DNA from: Hypanus sabinus
Taxonomy: Eukaryota
Length of the DNA stretch: 64,000 bases
NCBI RefSeq assembly: GCF_030144855.1
Contig: NC_082731.1
Coordinates: 27,218,001 to 27,282,000 of the forward strand
Reading direction: 5' to 3'
Shown: in pieces, positions 49,401 to 61,304 of the stretch
How the letters are laid out: every line of letters begins with the position of its first letter
How positions within the stretch are numbered: position 1 is the first letter of the stretch
Made by a program: the position numbers and the translations under genes
The notes under the pieces: model-generated
Seen by the model: only the letters and a program-made list of their open reading frames with translations
Told to the model about the DNA's origin: nothing
Databases searched by the model: none

Positions 49401-52400
49401 ACTTTACCATCTTTCTTGCAAGGTCATTTTATTTTGTGCTGGCTAGGGGGAGGGACAGAAGACACTGACATAGTGGTCCTTGGCTTTGTATTCTATCTTA
49501 GTTCACTTGCCCTTTTTTCGGGCTTTTGGGAGGGTGGGCATGTTTAGAGTTAAGTTTTTTTCCCATTGGGTGGTTCTGGAGCATGCGTGTTTTCTATGTG
49601 GTTGTATTCTTCATCACCACCATTTTTGATCATCACGTTTTGGTATGTGTTCTGCGCATGCATAAAGTAAAATAGAATAAAATTATAGTATCGCATTTAA
49701 ACGGATTAATGTAATAAGTTGGAATGAATGTGGTTGAAATCAAACTATCAAATGAAAAAAGACATTTTAAATTATTAATTGATTCCAACGATATGATTTT
49801 TGCTCAGGAGATGCATATCAGGGTGGGAGATCAAAATAAGTTTTTTAAATGCAGAATGGCTTGCAATTCCACTCTACTTCTCAGAGTAAAACTAAAGGCA
49901 TGTCTATCTTTATTAAATCCAATATATTTATTCAAGAAGATATTGAATCAGATTCTAATGATAGATTTCTAATTGTTAAAGGAGTGATTTGTAATAGAAA
50001 TTTTGTTTTGGTCAATTTGTATGGTCCTAATTTAGATGATCCTTTGTTTAAAAAAGGAATTAGCTTTATTGCCTGATTTAGATGAATATATGTTGATAAT
50101 GGGTGGGGATTTTTAACTGTTGTTTAAATCCTATGATTTTGATGTCTTTTGAACAATTAGTCAATAAATATTCTCTCTCATTCACACTTTTTACAATACC
50201 TTCAAGTTAGATATTTTTTACAAAAATATTTAAGTAATTTTCCATGTGTATTGGAGGCTGACCTGTTAGATACTATTATGAGTACTGACCCTTCGATGGA
50301 GGGTTCTATTAGAAGAATTTTTAATCTATTATCACAATAGGATGAGTGCCTCCTTTATTGAAGATTAAACAGGATTGGGAAAAGGAACTCAATTTGACTT
50401 TTATATGGGAGGATTGGGTGTGGATTCTGAAGCTGGTTAACTCTTCTTTGATCTGTGCTGGTCATTCACTGATTCAATTTAAAATTCTACATTGTTACCA
50501 TTTGATGAAGGAGAGGATCTCTAAAATATTTCTCAGTGTTGATAGTTACTGTGATAGATGCAAAACTGAGATAGCTACATTGACACATAAGTTCTGTTCA
50601 TGTTCTATACTGGAACAGTTCTGGAAGTCTTTTCGACAATTTCTAAAGCACTCAGAATTAACCTACAACCTAATAAATTGACTGTGCTTTTTGGAATAAT
50701 TCCTCAAAATATCCATGGTATTTCTGTGTCTGACAAACATGTTATTGCATGTGTTACATTGATAGCTAGGAGGGCCATTTTGTTGAAGTGGAAGGATATA
50801 TCAGCTCCTACTTTGTCATAATGGTTCTCTCAAGTAATGCTATGTCTTAGTTTGGAGAAAATTAGAAGTTGAAACTTTACTTGATTTTGAGAAAAGATGG
50901 GGCTCATTTTCTCGCTATTATCATTTGAGCTGATTGATAGATCTTCTCCATGATCTAATTGTAAATTTTTTTGATATATTTTTCTTTCTTGCTGGCGGTT
51001 TGATGTTTATTTTCATAAGCTGTTTGTATGATGTAGGGCTCCAGGTTTGAACCCCTAATGGGTCCTGCCCCCACAAACTTTTTTGCTTAGTGGGGTTTTT
51101 TTATTCACAAAATTTTCAAACTTTAAGGTTTTTTTTCCTTGAGGCATTGTAAATGCTGTTACTTCGGTGTACTTGTGTTATTTTTGAATAATATAATAAA
51201 AAGATTTGAAAAGAAAGACACTCCCTCCAGGCCCCCAGACTTGGATGCAGATCCCGGCTACCATAAATTCCCAATGGCACTCTCTGTCCCTATCTGCTTT
51301 GGTGGATTTCAGTGCCAAGGGCAATCTGATGGACGAGGACATAGCTGTAATACCTTGTGAGCCGCTAACTACACCCCTGGAGGCCCGGGCCCTGCATGGA
51401 AACTGCTGGCTCGGATGACCCACTGTACACCTCCCCTGACCTTGATCCTGTCTGGCATCCATTAGCAGGAGGTATGGTTCAGTTCCATTCGTTCACCTCA
51501 AGCCCCGGTAGCTCTAGGGTACCCATGACTGACCCAACAGAATCCCCACATCGACTGGTCTGCCAGGAGTATTGCCAAATGGACCCAGTCTTGCCACGTC
51601 AACTGTCTGTTGTCAGTCCCATCTCTCAGGGAAGCTACTGCGACCCCGCCTGTCTCCACAGAGTACCATGACTTTGGACAGCAAAACAATGGGCCCTTTC
51701 CCTGCCTCCGCACCGCCCACATGATTGTGCCATTGACCTTCTCCCCAGGGCCTCACTACCCACCAGCCTTTTTAACCTATCCCGACCAGAGAGAGAGGCC
51801 ATGGAGAAGTACATCAGCAAGTCCCCTGTGGCAGGCATTATCAGACCTTTATCTTCCCTGGTAGGCACTGGTTTCTTCTTTGTAGAAAAGAAGCATGGGT
51901 CTCTTCGTCCTTGTATTGATTACAGAGGCCTAAACAGTATAACAGTTAAGAATAAGTACCCTTTACTCCTCATTAGTTTGGCTTTTGAACCACTGCGTGG
52001 AGCCACTGTTTTCTCAAAGCTGGACCTTTGGAATGCATACCATCTAGTCAGGTGAGGGAGACGGACAAGTGGAAGATGTTCTTTAATACCTCTCTGGGCC
52101 ACTTTGAATATTTGGTCATGCCGTTTGGCCTCACCAATGCTCCCGCAGTTTTCCAAGCCCTCATTAATGACGTACTGAGGGACTTTATTAATCAGTTCAT
52201 ATTCGTTTACCTTGATGGTATCCTGATATTTTCTAACACTCCCCAAGAACACGTTCACCATGTCTGTCAAGTCCTTCAGAGACTGTGGGGGGAAACCAAT
52301 TATTTGTGAAGGTGGAGAAATGTAAGTTCCAAGTTCCTTCAGTCAGCTTCCTAGGTTATATCATTGAGAGCAGACCCCGAGAACATCCGGGCAGTGGAAG

Positions 52401-54535
52401 AATGGCCTAGGCCCATGACCTATAAACAACTTCAAAGATTTCTGGGGTTTACAAATTTCTACCATCAATTTATCAGAGACAACAGTCGAGTGGTGGCCCC
52501 CCTTACCCGGCTTACCTCACCTACTACCCCCTTCTGTTGGGTCTCTGAAGCTGAATCATCATTCACCGGCCTGAAGAGACGTTTCACCAGCAATCCCATC
52601 CTGGTCCATCCGGACCCAGTCCGTCAATTCATTGTTGAGGTGGACGCCTCTGACTCCGGGATAGGAGCAGTCCTGTCCCAACGATCAAGTTCAGATGAAA
52701 GGCTTCACCCCTGCACCTCCTATTCTCGTTGATCAGAATTACGATGTGGGGAATCGTGAACTCCTGGCGGTCAAACTAGCATTGGAAGAATGGAGGCACT
52801 GGCTGGAGGGGGCAGAACAACCGTTTGTGGTATGGACTGATCATAAAAACCTGGGGTATATTCAGACCGCCAAACGTTTGAACTCCCGCCCCAGGCTAGT
52901 TGGGCGTTATTTTTCGGACAGCTCAGGCTTTCCCTCACGTACCGTCCAGGGTACAAGAACGGGAAGCCGGACGCGCTCTCCTGCCAATATGACTCCAAGG
53001 ATGACACTTCCAGTCCAGGGACTATCCTCACACCGTCACACGTGGTTGTCACGCTCACTTGGGAGATCAAGTCCAAAGTAAAAGAAGCCCAACGGGATGA
53101 CCCCAACCCTGGCGATCGCCTGTATGTGCCCGTTCCCATTAGGTCCCAGGTTCTTCAATGGGGGCACACATCTCAGTTCGCCTGTCACCCCGGGACTGAT
53201 CGGATCCTCGTGCTCCTGAGAAAACACTTTTGGTGACCGTCCACGGAGGCAGATACCCGTTCCTATGTCTCGGCATGTTCCATCTGTGCACGGGGAAAAA
53301 GCCTCTCATCGGCCATCTGTAGGTTTACTTCGTCCTCTACTTGTCCCTGGTCATCCATTGTCATACATCGCCCTATACTTCGTCAACGGTCTACCCTTTC
53401 ACATGGGAACACCACCGTACTCACCATGGTAGACCAGTTCTCCAAGGCGGTGCACTTTGTAGACCTCACTAAACTCCCATCCTCTCAAGAAACCACAGAT
53501 CTCATCTGCCACAACTTCTGCCTCCACAGAATCCCCGAAGACATTGTCTTCGATCGAGGTCCTCAGTTCATCTCACAGGTATGGAAGGCCTTCTGTCAAG
53601 CCTTAGGTGCATCAGCCAGCCTGTCATCCTGCTTTCACCCCCAGACGAACGGGCAGACCGAACAGGTCAACCAAGACCTGGAGGCGACGCTACATTGTGG
53701 AACAGCAAACAACCCGTTGACCTGGAGCAACCACCTGCCATGGATTGAATACGTCCACAACTCTTTAGTAAGCTCGGCAATTGGAAGGCCTCCATTTGAG
53801 TGTTCCCTGGGGTACCAACCCCTGCTGTTCCCCGTGCTGGAAGAGGGGATTGCGGTACCATCTGATCAGGACCATATCGATCAGTGCCTTAAGGTGTGGG
53901 AGGAGACATGCACGGCCCTTCTCAGATCAGTAAAACGCAATAAGAAGACAGCCGACCGACACCGGACTCCGGTGCCTGAGTACCAACTGGGGTAGATGGT
54001 GTGGCTTTCATCCAAGGACATTCCGCTGAAGAATGAGGATAAGAAATTCGCCCCTTGCTTCCTTGGACCATTGAAGGTTGAAAGTCTTATCAATCCTGTA
54101 CCAGTCCGCCTAAAATTGCCAAGATCCATGCGCATCCACCCAACTTTTCATGTTTCCCAGTTAAAGCCAGTCTCCGTCATCCCCTTGTGTTCCCCGGCTG
54201 AGACTTCCCCACCTGCTCGTATCATTGACGACCATCCAGCATACACTGTCGGAAGACTACTGGATGTGTGCCATAAGGTCTTGGGTTTCCAATACCTGGT
54301 AGACTGGGAAGGGTACAGTCCAGATGAGCATTCCTTGGTCCACCGCTCCTTCATCCTAGACTATTCCCTCATCCAGGATTTTCACCAGGACCATCCAGAC
54401 AGGCCTGGAGAATCTCCTGGAGGCTCCTGCTGAGGGAGGTGTACTGTCATGGTCCCTTCTGGCAATTGCCCACCTGGTTAATTTCCTCAGGAATTGGGCC
54501 TCAATCACCTTGCTTAGTTCCAATCATTCCCAGGA
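46417..54535 (+). mobile_element. Chromodomain-bearing Ty3/gypsy LTR retrotransposon (Sushi-like), decayed
   Basis: 5' LTR ~46417-46754; gag FLLQCSFVFEQQP..QGSPSVVEYSVEFR; PR ALVD; [18 protein letters not shown]; RNase [14 protein letters not shown]; IN HPQTNGQTE; chromodomain [12 protein letters not shown]; PPT 54432-54445; truncated 3' LTR from 54446. Confidence 0.92.
47925..51215 (+). mobile_element. L1-clade LINE nested between gag and pol of the gypsy element; ORF2 internally deleted
   Basis: ORF1 LETRSRRKNI.IAGLQEG..VERAHR..PRSILVCF; APE DSNDRFLIVKG..NLYGPN; C-terminal CDRC..HKFCSC; A-rich tail ~51185-51217; RT core absent. Confidence 0.88.
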
Positions 54536-54539
54536 AAAC

Positions 54540-54990
54540 AATGCTGGAAACGTAGTAATAGGAACAAGGAAATGGCGGATGAACTGAATAAATATTTTTC
54601 ATCAGCGTTCACTGAGGAAGACACTAGCAGTTCGTTAGAAGTTTCAGGTGCCAAGAGCCATGAAGTGTGTGAAGCTACCATTACTACGGAGAAGATTCTT
54701 GAGAATCTGAAAGTAGATAAGTCACCTGGACCAGATGGTGTACACCAGGACATTCATAAAGAGGTGGCTGGAGGGATTAGTAATGATCTTTCTAGAATTA
54801 ATGGATTCCAGAAGACAGGAAAATTGCACTTCTCAAGAAGGGAGAAAGGCAGAAGAAATAAATTATAGTCCAGTTAGTCTGAGCTCAGTGAGTGGGAAAA
54901 TGTTGGAGTCAATTGTTAAGAATGTAGTTTTGGGGGGATTGGAGGCACAGAATAAAATGGGCGCAAGTCTGATGGTTTCTCAGGGCTTTA
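54540..54990 (+). mobile_element. CR1-clade LINE fragment
   Basis: MADELNKYFSSAFT; KSPGPDGVH; YSPVSLSSVSGKMLE. Confidence 0.85.
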
Positions 54991-55251
54991 ATATAGGAAA
55001 TCATCAGAAGGTGTTTCACAGGAGCATAAATCAGATGTCAGGTCATAGAAGGAGAGGGAATGGCAGGCGAGGAAGTGTCTGGTCAGAGGTGGAATCTGGA
55101 AGCAATGCCTCAGTCCAATGGGATGATGTGCTGAAATGGTTTGCACCACAATTTACTGACTCACTGAGACGTCTGACACAGAGTGATTTAAGAGTGAAGG
55201 GAATGGAAATGACATCCATAAGATGGATTTAAGTTAAAAAGGAAGGGAAAT

Positions 55252-56147
55252 TGTTACATACCCATGACACGTGACAGTGGTGTACTTGTCACATGAGTGG
55301 TGTTGAAGCTATACTGGACTTAAGGTAATGGTTTTGTGATGGTGGAGTGACATCATTTTCCCACCAGTAGAGGTCATGTGACAGGTTGTTTTTTTTTGTT
55401 TTGTTTTTTTTAAAACAGGGTATAAAAGGAGGACCCCTCCCTGTGAGGAGGGGCAGTTCGTGGCTGGATTTGCCATTTTGACTTCATGCCACAGCGTGGT
55501 TCAATATTATGATGCAGTTTAGTTGAAAGATGGAGTTTTATTTAATGCCTAAAGTTTAAAAGGTCATTGCCAGCAGTTTCTTTATAATACTGCTAGTTAA
55601 AAATCAGTGGAGAGTGAAGATTGGAGTTTGGGAGTTAAAAGATCGAGGAAAATCGGTTTCGATGGTGAAACAGGTTCGACCTTGTTTCATCCTCATTCGG
55701 AAGGAATTTGTTGGCTGTCCCCGTGTTAATCCCTGCGAATAGCAAAAAGGATTGGGAACAGTTTTGTAAAGGAAACGTCAGTGCCTTTAAGCTGTTTCAA
55801 TTTCCATTTTCATAAATTCTCCATGGGAAAAGTATAGTTTGACTGGGAATCGCAGCGACACGACGTGAAAGAGAATTTAAATTGTCTAAAAATGTCTCTC
55901 CTTTAATGAACTGTAAGCATTTTGAACATTTGGAGTACTACTTTAAAGATCTGTTTTTGCAACATCGCTTTAACTGTTTAAGCTTCATTGCTTTAAGAAC
56001 TGTTTAAGCTGCCGCACAGCAGCTGATTTCCAGTTACGTTAGTGGTTTGTTTACTTTCGGGGGTTTGTTTTTCATTTTAATAAATGTTTTATTTGTTATA
56101 AAAACCCCTGCCTCACTTATATATTTATTGTTGCTGAATTTGTAACA
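55252..56147 (+). mobile_element. Solo LTR (896 bp) with intact ends
   Basis: TGTTACA...TGTAACA terminal inverted repeat; 4-bp TSD AAAT on both sides; TATAAAA at ~55421; AATAAA near the 3' end. Confidence 0.88.
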
Positions 56148-57999
56148 AAATACACAGACTGCAGGTTTAAATTCATTAGAATGAATCTGTGGACTTTGTT
56201 GAGGAAGCTCCTCAGACAGAGTAATTGACAGTAGGACTGGACTCCCATATAGAGAAGGGTGAGAGGAAACTCAGGAATCATTTTAGAATGAATTTGTGGC
56301 AAAAACTCAATAGTCCATGTTAGTTAATTAAGGAAATGTGAAATACATGCTCAGCTCTTTGACCAGTCCTACACTTTAATTGAGTTTAGCCTGGGTTCCC
56401 CAGCCTGTCTGATGGATTCATTGATTAAAACTTAAACCTGTGCTGGATCCTGAGGGTTTTGCAACCTAATGTTCTCTGGAAGTCTAGAAGGGGCATTGAA
56501 ACCATTGCTTATGATCACTGATTCCTGGTAGTACAAATTCTATTCAAATTCCATTGCTTTAATTAACCAATAAAATAGTCCCGATTTGAGTAACTTGATA
56601 CCTAACACTGAAACTGAAACAATATCCAGTAGATACATGGGCAATGGCAACCCACTGAAGAGCTACCTGTATAAGTAATTATTTAAAAACAAACATAAGA
56701 AAGCTAACCTAATAGGAAAATTATTATTATACAGTCCAATCCAACACCTGAAGAAGCAAAATTCCAAAAATAATAAGGTAGTACCATCCCAGTACCTTCC
56801 TCAGGACAGTTATTTGCAAGTATTGTGAGATCTGTCAATCTGTTCTTGCCAGAATTGATTCAGTGTAAAGAGACTCAAATCCAGTTCAGGTGATGTTATT
56901 CTATTCAAGGTGAACACAAAAGAAAAACAAATAGCAAGGTACTGATCCAATGCTCTTTCAGGAGTAAAACTGCACATTTTATTGTCAAGGTGCCAAAAAG
57001 AAAGGTTTAGTAGATACCTATGCTTGCAGACCTCATTGGCTGTCGACATTTCAATGACAATTGGATATCAGAAGTGGAAAGGGTGAACAATTTCAAGTTC
57101 CCATGTGGCAATATCTCAAAGTTCAATAGTTTCATTTAGTATTAAAGAATTGTATGCAATATACATTCTAAAATTCTTGTTCTTCACAGACATCCACAAA
57201 AACAGAATATTGCCCTGTAAGAATGCTTGACTTTAAAAATGGTAGAACCCCAAAGCCCCCTCTATTCCCCCATCAAACACACAAGTAGCAGCAATGCAAC
57301 AACTCCCCTCACCCCCACTTACTTCCGCAACAAGCATCAGTACTCTCCACCCACCAAGCAATAGCAAAGCCTACAAGACCATGATCTGCAGTACAACTAA
57401 AACTAATCATTCACCTGACAATTTGACATGCCACAGGCTCTCTCTCCCTAATGAAGGGAAAGAGAGGTGTCCCCTTTTGACATTCAGAGGGGAGACATCA
57501 CAAAACAACTTGCTGATTTGCGATGATAGTCACTTGTGTTGCATTATTTTTTTAATTCTCTGACTCGAGAATTGGTGACAATCTCTGCCCCACCAACAAG
57601 AGAGATTACAATTCACTGAGTACGGCACCTCCAACAGTTGATCCAACATTCCTAATGTTCTGTTTTCTACTGTGACACTTCAGTCAGTGGCACCAGTATA
57701 GAATCAACTTGTCCACAGGGCCACGAGGCCTCAGAATCCTGACAGCACATTTCTCTTTTATGCAATGTCCTTCGGATTTCAAAAAGTGACTGGTTGTGAA
57801 CCCCCCCACCAGGAATGGGTCTTGATACCACAAAGAACTGATGTCTTAGTGTAACTCCAGTACAAGGACTCCAACAGAACGCCATCTACACAGAAAAAGA
57901 AATAGAGAAACAAAGGTAAAAATTAAGCTGTTTCCACAGATGACCTCAAAGGAGTCTCTGTAAAACACCATTGTAGCTCTGCCACCGTATCTGAAGTTC

Positions 58000-58330
58000 T
58001 ATTCCCAGACAACATATCAATGCAGTTACAAAGAAGGCACGAAAGTGGTTATATTTCATTATGATTATGAGGAGATTAGGTATGTCACCAAAGACATTCT
58101 CATCTTTTTACACATGTACAATGGAGAGAATTTTAACTGGCTGCATCACTGTCTGGCATGGCGGGGGATAGCAAGGTTAGCAAGGGATTTAAATAAGCTG
58201 CAGAGAGCTTTAAGCATCATGGGCACTAGTCTGTGTAGTATCCTGGACATCTTCAAGGACTAATGCCTCAAAAACAGTGACATCCATCATTAAGGACCCC
58301 ATCACCCAGCTCATGCCTTGTTTTCGTTGG
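58000..58330 (+). mobile_element. Rex1/Babar-like LINE 3' fragment
   Basis: ILTGCITVWHG; KDPHHPAHALFSL-like sequence. Confidence 0.7.
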
Positions 58331-59249
58331 TACTGTAGTGACTGTGATTGAAATGACTGGGAGACACTGAAGCTAAGGATATGGAAGTCTTTATTCAGCA
58401 CACAAACATGCATCATACTGGAGACACTCTCAGAAGAGGGTCTCTGCTCTAATATTATACAACATAGGACAATTCAATAGTTACAATGTATTCACAGTAC
58501 ATCCTTTGAATTACAAATAATTTTTAAACAGCTAGATGTTCACACCAACACTCCAGACACCCAAAATGAATGTTAATAACCACTGGCTCTGGGTTGCATT
58601 CATGCATATGCAGACATCTCAGGTCACTGGTGAGTTTCTCAGTTTACAATCAACCCCAATCTGCAGCTCCAAGATGACCATTGTTCTGAGCTGCATTTGA
58701 AACTCAATCAACAATCCACATTCAGGTCTGAAGACTGATTGCTGTTGATAAATGTTGATATATACCATAATTCCAGAATATATATTAACACTATAATCAG
58801 GAAGGAAGTACAGAAGCCTGAAGGCACACACTCAACAACTCTGGAACAGCTTCTTTCCCTCTGCCATCTGATTGGACATTGAACCCATGAACATTACCTC
58901 ACTACATTTTTTCTTTTATTTTTGCACTCCGTATTTAATTTAACTATTTAATATATATCCGTATTTGTTTTCTTTCTTCTATTATGTATTTCATTGTACT
59001 TTTGCCACAAAGACAACAACATTCACAACATATTCTGTTGATATTAATCCAGATTTAGTTACCTAAATTTGTTATCCCTGATCTTCAGGACCTGAGAGCT
59101 TCCAGGCCAAAGGTAACCCTCAGCTCCAACAGTGATCCATACTGATTGTGGTCTGTGTTGCTGCTTGTCTAAACTTGATTCACTGGGCAGCCTTGGTTCT
59201 CATCAGCGTACATCAGCTCTCATCCATTTTGATGTAAAGTTCTTGATTT

Positions 59250-61304
59250 GTTGGGGAATTGGTCAGGTCCTACACTGTTCTTGTGCCCACGGCTTTGTCT
59301 CCTAGGTGATAGGACAATGATACCTATAGTAAAAAATGACAAATTTACTATTTTAAAGGTAGGGCTCATCAGAGCTGCAAGATTTATATTGCAAAACTGG
59401 AAAAAACCCAGGCAATCCACTGTGAGGGAACGGACTGAGGAAATGGTTAAGATTTCATTATATGCACAAGACAATATACGAAGGACACCACATTATGGAT
59501 CATATACAAATAAATAAAATCGAAGCAATAGTGATAAGTGTGGATGCTGAAAAAGCATTTGATTTGGTTAATTGGAATTTTCTTTACAGAGTTTTACATA
59601 GATTTGGTTTCCAAGATACAATTATTAAAACTATAAAGACACTATATGACAATCCTACTGCTAGGATTAAAATCAATGCATATTTATCAAATAATCTTGC
59701 TCTAGAATGGGCATGAGACAGGGTGGTGCATGGTCACCGCTACTCTTCGCATTATATCTGGAACCATTAGCTCAATACATCAGACAAAATGAAGATATCA
59801 GGAGAATCTCTATTAAAGGGACAGAGCATAAATTGGCTTGTTATGTGGACGACAATTTGATCTATCTAGGGCAACCAACATATTCTTTACCTAAATTGAT
59901 GCAATCCTTAGAACAAAATGGTCAATTATCAGGATACAAGATCAACATAGATAAAACACAATTACTTTCATATTACTATATATTACTATAGAGAAATTGA
60001 AAGTCAATACCCTTGGGCATGGCACACAGAGTCTTTCAAATATTTGGGCATCATTATGCCAAAAGATTTGGCAAAGTTATCAGAATGTAATTATCACCCT
60101 TTATATAAAAAGAACTGAGATGTGGCAAGATGGAACCTGATTCCTTTTTTCAGTCTCAGTTCAAGGATTGAGTCTATTAAAATAAACATGCTGCCCACTC
60201 TGTTATATCTCTTTCAGACCCTACCAATAGAGATTAATCAAAATCAATTCAATGAATGGAACAAGAAGCTATCAAGGTATATTTGGCAGGGTAAAAGGCC
60301 TCAAGTTCGTCTCAAAACTTTGCAATTAGTAAAGGAAAAGGGGGGATGGGGCTTGTCTTCTCTTAGAGATTATTATTTTGCAGCACAGTTGAGAGCTGTG
60401 ATATGTTGGTGCAACCCTATTGAAAAACATCGAGGAGCGGGTACTTCCCATCACAATACACACAATTTTAGCTGATAACAACCTGCAAAGGTACATAAAT
60501 AGTATTGATAACCCATGGGTGAAATTGACTCTTAAAATATGGAAATCTACCATAAAAGAACATAATCTAGAGGGATATACTGCAAATCTTAAATGGTGTG
60601 TATATGACTCGGATTTTACACCAAATTAATTGGATGCTAGACTTAAGGACTGGACAGCTAAAGGAATAACAGTTCTTTGCAGCATAATGAAAGAAGGAAC
60701 ACTCTTCAGTTTTGAAATGCTTAAAGAGAAACACTTATTAGAAAAACAAGATTTTTAAATAGGTATTTACAGATGTGACAGTATGTTAATAAGACACTTT
60801 AAAATGTAACAAGGCAAATACATGCTTGATAGAGCTCTTTAGAAAAGCATATAATTCAGATAATTGTAGTTGAATCATTTCAAGCTCGTATAAGGGGTTG
60901 TCAAATCTTAAAACACATTCAAATTTATACATTGAAACAAAATGGGAGAAGGAAGGAGGGATAATTATATCTGTGGAAAAATGGACAACAATATGGTGGT
61001 AACAATGGAAGTGTACCAGTTCACAGAAATGGAGGGAGTTTGGATGGAAAAACCTGATATTTTACTACACCCTCTCAGTAATCCCATTATGATAGCAACC
61101 TCCGTTTGCTGGAGAAATTGTGGAAATCAAAGTGCAAATCATCATATCTTTTGGGACTGCTCTGTTATCAAAAAACTATTGGAGGGGGATACAATGCCCT
61201 ACAAAACATCCTTAAATATGAAATACCCTTAGAGCACAAGACCATATATTTTGGATATATACCTCAAGAATGGTTGAAAAGAGATAAATATTTAATGAAT
61301 ATAC
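59250..61304 (+). mobile_element. L1-clade LINE ORF2 pieces (a 3'-end fragment, then RT to C-terminus), truncated by the gypsy LTR
   Basis: SVDAEKAFD; RQGGAWSPLLFALYLEPL; YVDDNL; CWRNCG..ANHHIFWDC. Confidence 0.88.
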
